NCBI GenBank assembly: GCA_015490465.1
Contig: WFXS01000042.1
Coordinates: forward strand, 1-60,702
Direction of reading: 5' to 3'
Source of the DNA: a candidate division WOR-3 bacterium
GTDB taxonomy: Bacteria > Hydrothermota > Hydrothermia > LBFQ01
DNA: 60,702 bases
Positions within the stretch are counted from its first letter, which is position 1; every line of letters starts with the position of its first letter. The notes below the pieces were generated by a model, which searched no databases, was not told the origin of the DNA, and saw only the letters and a list, made by a program, of their open reading frames with translations. Made by a program: the position numbers and the translations under genes. This document shows, one piece after another, positions 19,196 to 28,364 of this stretch.

Positions 19196-20290
19196 CTAAC
19201 CTCCTTTTATGCGGCCGAAGTTGTAATAGGCGGCGCACGCCCCCTCCGAGGAGACCATGGGCGCTCCGAGGGGGTGTTCCAGCGTACACTCCTTTCCAAA
19301 GGCCGGGCAGTCTATAGGTTTCTTCTTCCCCTGAAGGATCTCCCCTGCTATGCACACCGGGGACTCCTCAACGTTTATCCGGCCTACGGAAAAGCGCCTC
19401 TCGGCGTCGTAATCGGCGTAGGCCTCCCGGAGCTTAAGCCCGCTCTTTGGAATGAGGCCTATCCCCCTCCACACCATATCGCTCACCTCAAAGACCTCCT
19501 CAACTACCCTCCTCGCGTTGGGGTTTCCGAGGCGGCAGACCGACCGGGTGTACTGGTTCTTCACATCCACCTCCCCACTCTCAAGCATATCCACGAGCAT
19601 TGCTATGCCCTGAAGGAGGTCCAGAGGCTCAAAGCCAGCGACCACGAAGGGGACGTTGTACTTCTCGGCGAGGTCCTCGTACTCCGTATAGCCCATGACC
19701 GTACAGACGTGGCCGGGGGCTATGAAGCCGTCTATCTCCACGTCCGGAGAGCTCATAAGGAAATCTATGGCCGGGGGGACGAGGACGTGGGAGACGAGGA
19801 CGGAAAAGTTCCTGATGCCCTTCTCCTTCGCTATCTTTACGGCCATGGCGTTGGCGGGTGCCGTGGTCTCAAAGCCGACGGCGAAGAAGACGACCTGCCT
19901 GTCGGGGTATTTCTCCGCCAGACTTACGGCGTCCAGGGGGGAATAGACCATCCGCACGTCCCCACCCTCCGCCTTCGCAGAGAGGAGGTCTCCGCTGCTT
20001 CCCGGCACCCTCATCATATCCCCGAAGGTGGTGAATATAACCCCCTCCCGACGGGCTATGGCTATCGCCCTGTCTATCTTCTCAAGTGGGGTCACGCACA
20101 CGGGGCATCCGGGGCCGTGTATCAGCTCCACCGCCCCGGAGAGAAGCTCGTCTATTCCGTACCGTATGAGGGTGTGGGTCTGGCCCCCGCAGATTTCCAT
20201 GATTTTCCACGGTTTTGTGGATCTTTTTAAAATATATTTCACCAGTTTTTGGGCAAGATCCGGATTCCGGTACTCGTCCATGTACTTCAT
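19196..20290 (-). CDS. hypD: hydrogenase formation protein HypD
   Basis: The protein is 364 aa. It has 'EICGGQTH', '[10 protein letters not shown]' and 'GFETTAP'. Confidence 0.92.
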   Translation of the reverse strand: MKYMDEYRNPDLAQKLVKYILKRSTKPWKIMEICGGQTHTLIRYGIDELLSGAVELIHGPGCPVCVTPLEKIDRAIAIARREGVIFTTFGDMMRVPGSSGDLLSAKAEGGDVRMVYSPLDAVSLAEKYPDRQVVFFAVGFETTAPANAMAVKIAKEKGIRNFSVLVSHVLVPPAIDFLMSSPDVEIDGFIAPGHVCTVMGYTEYEDLAEKYNVPFVVAGFEPLDLLQGIAMLVDMLESGEVDVKNQYTRSVCRLGNPNARRVVEEVFEVSDMVWRGIGLIPKSGLKLREAYADYDAERRFSVGRINVEESPVCIAGEILQGKKKPIDCPAFGKECTLEHPLGAPMVSSEGACAAYYNFGRIKGG

Positions 20291-20351
20291 TGAGGGAGGA
20301 TGATAAGGCGGTTTTCCATCCGGGGTACCCTTTCATCTCTAAAATACGTCC

Positions 20352-21884
20352 GTGTACGCAAAGACCTATTCGGCAATTCACTGGGGAATAGAGGGGATAA
20401 AGGTTGAGGTGGAGGTTGATTACGCCAAAGGGATACCCAAGTTCGTAATAGTTGGCCTCCCGGATGCCGAGGTAAAGGAGAGTAAGGAGAGGATCCACTC
20501 GGCTATAAAAAATTCCGGTTTTCCCTTCCCTCCCGGAAGGGTGCGGGTGAACCTCGCCCCGGCCGACGTAAAGAAGGAGGGGGCCCTTCTGGATCTACCC
20601 ATAGCCCTGAGCGTACTGGCCGCATTCGGATACGTACCCGCGGAGGAACTCCTAAAGTACATGTTCTTGGGTGAGCTCGCTCTTGACGGTACGCTGAGGA
20701 AGGTTTCCGGGGTTCTCCCTGCTGCTATACTGTCCGCCCGCGAGGGTTTGAAACTGGTCGTACCTTCGGAGAACGCCTACGAGGGAGCGGTTATAAAGGA
20801 TGCGGAAGTTTACGGGGTGGCCTCCCTGAAGGAGGCCGTGGACTTCGTTACGGGAAATCTCCCCTTAAAGAGGGCGGTGTACTCACCGGAGGGAGACGTA
20901 CCCCTCTACGACGTTGACATGGCCGATATAAAGGGTATGGACTACGCCAAGAGGGCGGCCGAGGTCGCCGCCGCAGGGTCCCACAACATGCTCATGGTGG
21001 GTCCGCCCGGTTCCGGTAAGACCATGCTGGCCCGCCGCATGCCCACGATACTGCCCCCGATGACCGAGGAAGAGGCCGTTGAGACCACGAAGATATACTC
21101 CGTCGCCGGTCTCCTCCCCTCTGGCATAGGACTCATAAGGAACAGACCCTTCAGGTCCCCTCACCATACGGTTTCGGACGTCGCCCTCATAGGTGGGGGA
21201 AGCGTCCCGAGGCCCGGCGAGGTATCCCTCGCCCATAACGGGGTCCTGTTTTTAGACGAGTTGCCAGAGTTCAGCCGGCAGGCCCTTGAGGCTCTCAGAC
21301 AGCCGTTAGAGGACGGAGTGGTGCGGATAAGCAGGGCGAGGGGGACGGCGACTTTCCCGGCCCGTTTCATGCTCGTTGCGGCCATGAACCCATGCCCGTG
21401 CGGACATTACGGGGATAAGAAGCACGCCTGCACCTGTACCCTGTCGGCTATAAAGAGGTATCAGGGGAAGATATCCGGGCCACTTCTGGACCGCATAGAC
21501 ATCTTCGTGAGCGTCCAGCCTCTGGAGTACGATGAGTTCAGGGGGGCCAGATCCGAACCGTCGGAGAAGATAAGGGAGAGGGTGGCGGAGGCGAGGGAGA
21601 GGCAGTTGCATCGTTTCAAGGAGTTTCCCGGTATATACGCCAACAGTCAGATGACCCCCTCCCTGATTGAGAGGTTCTGTCGGCTTGACGAGAGCGCCGA
21701 GGCTCTACTGAAACAGGCCGCCACCCGCATGGGTATCTCCGCCCGCGGCATAACCCGTATCCTGAAGCTATCCCGTACCATAGCCGACCTTGAGGGTACG
21801 GACAGGATAGAGGTCCATCACGTGGCGGAGGCCGTACAGTACAGGCAGAACGTGGGAGACTACTGGGTGGTGTCCGTGGTATGA
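20352..21884 (+). CDS. YifB/ComM-family Mg-chelatase-like AAA+ ATPase
   Basis: The protein is 510 aa. It has an N-terminal Lon-protease-like domain ('GLPDAEVKESKERI'), Walker A 'GPPGSGKT', 'GVLFLDELPEF' and 'CPCGHYGD...C.C'. Confidence 0.9.
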   Translation: MYAKTYSAIHWGIEGIKVEVEVDYAKGIPKFVIVGLPDAEVKESKERIHSAIKNSGFPFPPGRVRVNLAPADVKKEGALLDLPIALSVLAAFGYVPAEELLKYMFLGELALDGTLRKVSGVLPAAILSAREGLKLVVPSENAYEGAVIKDAEVYGVASLKEAVDFVTGNLPLKRAVYSPEGDVPLYDVDMADIKGMDYAKRAAEVAAAGSHNMLMVGPPGSGKTMLARRMPTILPPMTEEEAVETTKIYSVAGLLPSGIGLIRNRPFRSPHHTVSDVALIGGGSVPRPGEVSLAHNGVLFLDELPEFSRQALEALRQPLEDGVVRISRARGTATFPARFMLVAAMNPCPCGHYGDKKHACTCTLSAIKRYQGKISGPLLDRIDIFVSVQPLEYDEFRGARSEPSEKIRERVAEARERQLHRFKEFPGIYANSQMTPSLIERFCRLDESAEALLKQAATRMGISARGITRILKLSRTIADLEGTDRIEVHHVAEAVQYRQNVGDYWVVSVV

Positions 21885-22873
21885 TATCGGCAATCGTCCC
21901 CATGCGGAACGAGGAGGAGAACGCCGAAGAGTGTCTCCTATCTCTGAAGGAGGCCCTTGAGAATACCGGAGAGGATTGGGAGATAATCGTTGTGGACGAC
22001 GCCTCCCACGACTCCACCTCCTCAACCGTTGAGAGGCTCGGCTTTGCCCGTCTGGTGAGGATAGACCTTGACGAGAAACCTCCGGGAGCCGTGGGGAAGA
22101 ACTACGCACTCGTCAGGGGGTACAGGGAGGCAAGGGGAGATATCCTCCTGTTCATGGACGCCGACGTACGGCTATCGCCCTACAGCCTGAAGAGACTCCT
22201 TAGACTGTTCAAAGACGTTGATATGCTATCGGTGAGTCCGGAGCAGGTGTACGGTTCCCCGTGGGAGGCCTCCCTTCAGCCGATGGTCTTTAAGCTCCTC
22301 GGTTATCTCTACCCCCTTGAGAAGGTGAACGACCCCCACTCCCCTCTGGCCGCCGCCAACGGTCAGTTCATAACGATAAGGAGGGAGGTCTACGAGGCCG
22401 TCGGCACCCACGAGGCCGTACTGGGGGAGATACTTGAAGACGTCAGGCTGGCCGAAAGGGTCAAAGGTGCCGGCTACCGTATCCTTTTACTCCACGGGAA
22501 GAAGTACGGGGTAAAGGCCCGCATGTACAGATCCCTTGACGGTATGGTAAAGGGATGGGCGAAGAACCTCGTACCGCTCCTGCGCGGGAGGGTGCGGGTA
22601 GGCCTGTGGTACGGCCTCATGAACCTGTTTGAGAGCCTTACGGGCTGGACACTGTCGGCGGCCTTTGCGGCGTACGGGGATTACGGTCTCGCCATGGGAA
22701 CATTTCTACTCTTCAACCTCTACTTCGCCTACCGCTTCAGGAGGCACAGCAGTTTCTACACCCTCGTCCATTCAACCGTCGGATCGCTGCTCTTTCTATG
22801 GACGCTCTACACGTCCTGGAGGTGGTACAGGAAGGGAAAGGTCGTGTGGAGAGGAAGGGAGTACGCCGTATAA
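21881..22873 (+). CDS. family 2 glycosyltransferase with C-terminal TM helices
   Basis: The protein is 330 aa. It has 'ISAIVPMRNEEEN', 'IIVVDDASHDST' and 'LLFMDADV' (DxD). The tail is hydrophobic. It overlaps yifB by 4 nt. Confidence 0.75.
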   Translation: MISAIVPMRNEEENAEECLLSLKEALENTGEDWEIIVVDDASHDSTSSTVERLGFARLVRIDLDEKPPGAVGKNYALVRGYREARGDILLFMDADVRLSPYSLKRLLRLFKDVDMLSVSPEQVYGSPWEASLQPMVFKLLGYLYPLEKVNDPHSPLAAANGQFITIRREVYEAVGTHEAVLGEILEDVRLAERVKGAGYRILLLHGKKYGVKARMYRSLDGMVKGWAKNLVPLLRGRVRVGLWYGLMNLFESLTGWTLSAAFAAYGDYGLAMGTFLLFNLYFAYRFRRHSSFYTLVHSTVGSLLFLWTLYTSWRWYRKGKVVWRGREYAV

Positions 22874-22897
22874 AAAGGGGGGCCTGACGCCCCCCTT
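22872..22897. terminator. GC-rich hairpin between convergent genes (works best for the minus-strand gene)
   Basis: G22777... correction: the stem pairs 22877-22883 (GGGGGGC) with 22889-22895 (GCCCCCC), with a 5-nt loop. On the minus strand it is followed by TTTTTA. Confidence 0.5.
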
Positions 22898-22918
22898 AAC
22901 CTCATCCCCGGAAGGTTG

Positions 22919-24835
22919 CTATCTCACTATGAACCTTCCGATCTCCTTCCCGTTCCTGACAAAGTAGACGCCGCTGGGTAGACTGATCCTGCGGCTCCCC
23001 TTACCCTTGATCTCAATCACACCGTAGAGACGGCCACCGGCGTCGTAAACCTTGAGGAGTTTGCCTTCGGATACGTTCCAGCGGACGATGAGGCCACCGG
23101 AGACGGGCGTTACGTTCACGTAGTACCCTCCGGACGGTTTCTCCTCCGTCGCCACCCCTGCGTCTATGGGGAAACGGGAGAGGAAGCTGAAGGTTATACG
23201 ACCTCTCGTATCGTGGGCCTCCACCTTTACGTAGAGGGTATCACCGGAAGGTACCGAGGGTACGGTGAAGTAGGCGGTGGAGTCGGTTGCAACGCTGTCG
23301 GCGGAAACGGTGGTATAGCCCGCCGTGGTATCCACGGAGTAGTGGAGCGTGAGGGTACCGAGGCCGTCAAAGTCGTAAACCCTGGCCGTGACAGTGGCGG
23401 GAGATCCGGATACGGGTGGGTTGGGCGTTATGGTAACGTTCTCAACGTAGGGGGAGAAGTCGTTTATGTACCGCGGGTAAATCTGATAGGTGGTGTTGTA
23501 CTGGCCGAGGACTCCCCAGACCTCAAGGACGCCGTCGGGGGCGGGATTGCCACCCACATCCGTAGCACTGGAAACCCTCAAAACGCCCGTGCCGCTGCCG
23601 TCCTGTATGTCGTAGTTGGTATTCCCGGCGAAAGTTCCCGGGTAGGAGACCCACGTAAAGCCCCTTACGGCGACGAGCATACCCTCGTAGGTCTCCCCCA
23701 TGTCGGCCGTGTTTATGTAGACAGGCGGGTAGACCGGGCCGCTGTCCACCACCTCAAAGACGTGGGCCGGGGAGATCTCCAGAAGGTTGTTGTACTCCGT
23801 AAGCTCTCCTCTGACGTTCACGACGTACCCCGTATCAACGGCGCTCCTCAGGGAGGAGCTGTACACGACTATGCCGCTGCTCATACCGCCGACAGGTTCC
23901 GTACTGTCCTGAACGTAAACAGCGCTCCCTATCTCACCCACTACCCTCACTCTGGTCTGTACGGTATCCCCAACGGTGAGCGCCCTGATCTGGTGAACCA
24001 TGAGGAAGCCGGCTATGTAGTAGTTGAGGTCCGAAACGGCCGTATCCCCGGAGTTGTCCACGGCGCCGGCGACGTAGTAGACCTTCCCGTAGGTGCTACG
24101 GGCCGGTACCGTCGCCGCAAAGGTGTCTCCGGCCAGGGGGGATGCCGATACGAGGTTGAAGGTTGATCCGTCAAAGGAGTAGAGGATCCATGCGCCTGTG
24201 ATGGATCCGTCGGGGTCTGAGGCCGTAAAGGTTATCTCTACCGACGTGTTCGTATCCGGGAAGAGGGGTGAGGGACCAACGACGTTAACCACCGGTGGTA
24301 AGTTCCCCAGAGGAGTTCCGAGGACGGTCACGGAGTCTATGAGGAAGTAGCGGTTCTGGGATATCAGGAGCGTATCGTGATCCACGAACTTCCATCGGAA
24401 TATGATGCTACCCGGACCGGTCAGGGACGTAAGAGGAAGGGATACTCTAACGGACGTGTTAACAACTGCGCTGGCACTGTCAAGGTACCAGAGGTTGATC
24501 CAGGTGGTACCGCCGTCAAGGGAGTAGTCAAGGTATACGGTATCCTCGGAGGAAGGGAACGGGGGCTGGGTGCCGGGGAACTTGTAGTAGAAGATTATAC
24601 TGTCAAGGGAAACGAAGCCTACGGCCGGCGTGGATATCGTGGCCGTACCGGTGTCGCGGTAGGCGCTCTTACCGGTTATTATGCCGGCCGATGCGGAGCC
24701 GAATATTACCCCACTCGTTCTCCTCTGCCAGCTGATGTAATAGTTGGTATAGGTGGTGTCCCACCCGGTGGGGGGAAAGGTCGTACTCTCAAAATCCTCG
24801 TAGAGGAGCGTTACTGCTACAACCGACAACAACAT
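22919..24835 (-). CDS. large secreted surface protein with a T9SS C-terminal sorting domain
   Basis: The protein is 638 aa. The C-terminal 'KLLKVYDAGGRLYGVIEIKGKGSRRISLPSGVYFVRNGKEIGRFIVR' is typical of a T9SS CTD. The N-terminal 'YEDFESTTFPPTGWDT' is a choice-of-anchor-J/MAM-like motif. The central segment 'VRVVGEIGSAVYVQDS...VVNVRGELTEYNNLLEI' resembles the OB-like module of extracellular nucleases. Confidence 0.65.
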   Translation of the reverse strand: MLLSVVAVTLLYEDFESTTFPPTGWDTTYTNYYISWQRRTSGVIFGSASAGIITGKSAYRDTGTATISTPAVGFVSLDSIIFYYKFPGTQPPFPSSEDTVYLDYSLDGGTTWINLWYLDSASAVVNTSVRVSLPLTSLTGPGSIIFRWKFVDHDTLLISQNRYFLIDSVTVLGTPLGNLPPVVNVVGPSPLFPDTNTSVEITFTASDPDGSITGAWILYSFDGSTFNLVSASPLAGDTFAATVPARSTYGKVYYVAGAVDNSGDTAVSDLNYYIAGFLMVHQIRALTVGDTVQTRVRVVGEIGSAVYVQDSTEPVGGMSSGIVVYSSSLRSAVDTGYVVNVRGELTEYNNLLEISPAHVFEVVDSGPVYPPVYINTADMGETYEGMLVAVRGFTWVSYPGTFAGNTNYDIQDGSGTGVLRVSSATDVGGNPAPDGVLEVWGVLGQYNTTYQIYPRYINDFSPYVENVTITPNPPVSGSPATVTARVYDFDGLGTLTLHYSVDTTAGYTTVSADSVATDSTAYFTVPSVPSGDTLYVKVEAHDTRGRITFSFLSRFPIDAGVATEEKPSGGYYVNVTPVSGGLIVRWNVSEGKLLKVYDAGGRLYGVIEIKGKGSRRISLPSGVYFVRNGKEIGRFIVR

Positions 24836-24912
24836 AACTTTGAATTATACGGGAGGATATATCCCAAGATTTGTGAATTTTTAAGGGCGATTATAGGAGT
24901 ATATTCAGAGTG

Positions 24913-27900
24913 TTAATCCTCTAATTTTTCCACTATGTATACATTTATTCCTTCCTTCTTAAAAGCTGATGATAACATCTCCCTTTTATTGGAAAGGTTA
25001 CCGGTGATTTCTACAGAGTATTTAGGAGAGAAGTTTTTTATACTTTCAAGGTCATATTTTATTTGTAATATTTTGGGAGGATAGAAATTAAACCTAAATT
25101 CATCTCCATTTTCCCGCATGAAACGTTCTAGAATACGACTGATAACATTCTTATTTTCCACCTCTATAAAGATAGCTAAACGTCTAGGAAACTCAGGTTC
25201 TTTTTCCCCAAGGATCTTGGCAATAATATAATCCACCCTATACATATCAAACTCCAAAAGCCACATTCCTTTCCTTCTAATCACATTAAAGTGGAAATTC
25301 TTTAACCAGTCCTTTACTTCTTTCCTGTTTGCTTTCTGATGAGCTTTTCTGGATATATTTACAATCTCCCTGTGAAGATCATTGTCGGGATCATACTTAG
25401 GTATGGGTTGTTTAACTATGAGCTTTGTAATATGCCTCTCGCCGTAGAGTCCTTGAACTTGATACTTCTTTATTCTATTACCGAGAATTGGCGAATTTAT
25501 AAAAGCTGATATATAAAAGGCTTCTTCTTTGGATTTAAATATAGCGTAAAAAGTAGTGTAATCAACCACAAACCTTTCATGATTCTCTATCACGCAAGCG
25601 CACGGATTAGAGCCACTGGCAGTATAAATCACCAAATATCCACCTCTTACAGGTTGAGAGATAAGTTTATTTCTATAATTCAACCAGTCAATTATATTGT
25701 AGGATTTCGCTTTGTTTCCTTTATATTTTTCCCAAGCTCTTTGGCAACTAACTAGCCATTCTTTAAAATTTTTTGGGACCTTCTTCGTGTTTTCTATCCA
25801 GTATCTAAATTTCTCACTTGCATTTTCAAACTTTTTACTTTTAACTATCTCGTAGTAGTCAAGAAGTTTATAGGTGTCAGAAAACTCCAATGGAAGAACT
25901 ACATCCTCCATATCCGAATAACCAAAAGGATACATCCTATTAGAAAGTATAGTCATAAAGAAGAATTTTTCTGGAGCTGATCCCCGTATTGTCACCTTTA
26001 TTTTATTGCTGTCAGAGTTTTTAGAACGGATAGGAATACTCTCTTTAGACATACCGAGCGAGGTTTTTTCCCGGTTCACAAACCAGAAGGACCGGGGAAC
26101 TATGGTCGCTCCTTCTTTAAATTTTTGGGCATAAATACTTGAACCCACCTGTGAAGGATCATAAACCCATCTGTATTTTCCTCCTATTTCTACAAGATAT
26201 AAAGTTTTCATCTCTCTAGTAAGCTTTTTCCTTGCCACCTCTATATCTACATTAGATTTTGGGAGCTTTCCTGAGAATACCTCTACAGATATATTCTTAT
26301 TTCCTTTAAAATTAGATAGTTGGTTTTTTCTTTTACCTATTACCACACAGGCAGGTACGTTAAAAAGGGGAGAAACATCCTTTAAATCATAAATTTTCCC
26401 TATTTCTAAAACTTCGCCTTTATATTTGTAATTTTTTCTAAACCATTCATTTTGATCCCCAGTTATAACAGAATAAGGAAGGACAAAGGCTATTATCCCG
26501 TTATTTTTTAGGTAGTTTAAGAAAGATGATATTAAGAATATAAGTGCCAATTCTATATGAGACTTATTATGACCATCTACTTTAATATCTAAATCCTTTA
26601 TATATTCTTCCACAAACTTTTGAAGATTTGGATGCATTTTGTTGTAAGCCATCCATGGGGGGTTTCCTACGACAATATCAAACTGCCCTCTCAAAAGAAG
26701 AGGTTTGTATATATTTTTAAGCACGAAAGCCCATATAGTATCCCCTTTATCTTTTATTAATTCATATACTACATTAACGGTATATTCTAATAATCTTTTA
26801 TCTCGCCACAGGGATAAGATGTTATCTTCCACATCGGGGTAATTGGACGAGATATATTGGTAAAAATTTTGCCCTTCCCCATGAATAACATATTCTATCA
26901 CTATATCAATAAACTTATCTATAAGTGAGATATTATTATTTTTGGGTAAAATTATTTCTTTATCATCAATGGTTATTCTAATCTCACTTCCAAAAAATTT
27001 ATTTTTCACATCTTTTATAAGAGCCATCAAACTGTCGGCAGTATATACAGGAAGGGTTATAGTCATACTCCTATTCTTTAGAAGATCACCAAGTGCTATA
27101 AGGTAGTTGGTTCTAGCTATCAATACTGCTATAGGATTTATATCAAATCCTATAACTGTGTTTATAATGAACTTCAACTTTTCGTCTGTATTTTTTAAAT
27201 GCACAGTCTTCTTCATTTTTATCGCGAAAAATAGAAATGATCCCGAACCACAAGCTGGATCTAAAACTCTAGCTCCCGGATCTTTTATAATATCTTCCAA
27301 AATTTCCTGAACAAGCCAGTCGGGTGTATAGTATTCTCCAAGCAGCTGCCTTTCTTCTTTACTTACTATGTTTTGATAAAGCTCCTTCAATAGATCTTCC
27401 TCTATCTCATCGGACAAATGTTCAAAGAGAAACTTCTTCTGGATTACATCAAATATTGTAAAAGATATATCCTGTATTTCTTGTCTTATCTCTTTATTGA
27501 AGATCCAGCCGTAAAAATCGTTCTCTATATAATTCATTATACCTCTTCTTTCAAAGAATTTGCCTGATAGAATTTCCTCCACTAAAATTTCTTCAATACT
27601 ATCTACAGGTATAAGGTTAAGTATTCTTATTGCAAGTAGTTTTACAACAATACTTAGGTATGTATGTCTAAAAAACAAATCCTCTTCTACTTCTGAACCA
27701 TAGACGAAATTCATGTATTTTTCCCACTGTAAAAATTTGAGTTTAATATCCTTATTCTCCCTAATTTTATCGAATGCTTCCCTTAACATTCTTTTTGCAG
27801 TTTGAAAAACTTGAGAATTATACCCAAGAATATCTATTACCCTATCTGATGTTAATGGAACTTTTTGTGGAGTTAAGAAGTATCTATCAATTTTATACAA

Positions 27901-28335
27901 TATATATCTCATTTCCTTTATATTTTCCTCACTCTCTGGTAGAGAGAAAACATCTATAGGTTTTTCTAGATCTTCCCTACTGTAAACTTCAAATTTTATA
28001 CCGTCAGTAATTATACCAAAAGATGCTTTTTTGTATTCATCTGTATTAAAATATTTCCTCAGCTCCTGAAGAGCTTTTACCTTTAAAGGCCTAGAACTTA
28101 TGTCTTTCTTAAATTCAACGATTACCCCATCCAACGATAGATCCACACGCCCAATAAATAATCCTTCACTTCGAACACTTCTTTCAAGTCTTATATTCTG
28201 GAATTGAGCAAAATTCCCAAGCAGTTTCCTTAAGAGCGTAGAAAATAAATCTCTTCTCTCCGCTTCGGTTTTAGCACCTCTGATTTGTCGTGCATAATCT
28301 ACGAGCTCTCCTATACTATTATCTATTTCCATCAC
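24913..28335 (-). CDS. Type IIG (fused) restriction-modification enzyme: N-terminal PD-(D/E)xK nuclease, gamma-class N6-adenine methyltransferase, and C-terminal target-recognition region
   Basis: The protein is 1140 aa. The nuclease motif is 'GRVDLSLDGVIVEFKKD' (D65...E74-x-K76), followed by 'GIITDGIKFEVYS', as in MmeI/Thermus-family enzymes. Motif X is 'GEYYTPDWLV', motif I is 'VLDPACGSGSFLFFA', motif IV is 'FDIVVGNPPWMAY'. A further ~570 aa of TRD-like sequence follows. The gene is far more AT-rich than its neighbours. Confidence 0.8.
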   Translation of the reverse strand: MMEIDNSIGELVDYARQIRGAKTEAERRDLFSTLLRKLLGNFAQFQNIRLERSVRSEGLFIGRVDLSLDGVIVEFKKDISSRPLKVKALQELRKYFNTDEYKKASFGIITDGIKFEVYSREDLEKPIDVFSLPESEENIKEMRYILYKIDRYFLTPQKVPLTSDRVIDILGYNSQVFQTAKRMLREAFDKIRENKDIKLKFLQWEKYMNFVYGSEVEEDLFFRHTYLSIVVKLLAIRILNLIPVDSIEEILVEEILSGKFFERRGIMNYIENDFYGWIFNKEIRQEIQDISFTIFDVIQKKFLFEHLSDEIEEDLLKELYQNIVSKEERQLLGEYYTPDWLVQEILEDIIKDPGARVLDPACGSGSFLFFAIKMKKTVHLKNTDEKLKFIINTVIGFDINPIAVLIARTNYLIALGDLLKNRSMTITLPVYTADSLMALIKDVKNKFFGSEIRITIDDKEIILPKNNNISLIDKFIDIVIEYVIHGEGQNFYQYISSNYPDVEDNILSLWRDKRLLEYTVNVVYELIKDKGDTIWAFVLKNIYKPLLLRGQFDIVVGNPPWMAYNKMHPNLQKFVEEYIKDLDIKVDGHNKSHIELALIFLISSFLNYLKNNGIIAFVLPYSVITGDQNEWFRKNYKYKGEVLEIGKIYDLKDVSPLFNVPACVVIGKRKNQLSNFKGNKNISVEVFSGKLPKSNVDIEVARKKLTREMKTLYLVEIGGKYRWVYDPSQVGSSIYAQKFKEGATIVPRSFWFVNREKTSLGMSKESIPIRSKNSDSNKIKVTIRGSAPEKFFFMTILSNRMYPFGYSDMEDVVLPLEFSDTYKLLDYYEIVKSKKFENASEKFRYWIENTKKVPKNFKEWLVSCQRAWEKYKGNKAKSYNIIDWLNYRNKLISQPVRGGYLVIYTASGSNPCACVIENHERFVVDYTTFYAIFKSKEEAFYISAFINSPILGNRIKKYQVQGLYGERHITKLIVKQPIPKYDPDNDLHREIVNISRKAHQKANRKEVKDWLKNFHFNVIRRKGMWLLEFDMYRVDYIIAKILGEKEPEFPRRLAIFIEVENKNVISRILERFMRENGDEFRFNFYPPKILQIKYDLESIKNFSPKYSVEITGNLSNKREMLSSAFKKEGINVYIVEKLED

Positions 28336-28364
28336 TGAGTATTATAGGGTTGTAAGAGTTATAC

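Noticed and set aside
24890-24897. The ATTATAGG 8-mers flanking the Type IIG gene, considered as a definite target-site duplication.
   Set aside because: I kept this only as a possibility. The 8-mer is AT-rich, it reads as a -10-like CCTATAAT on the coding strand, and a chance match between two short AT-rich spacers is not negligible.
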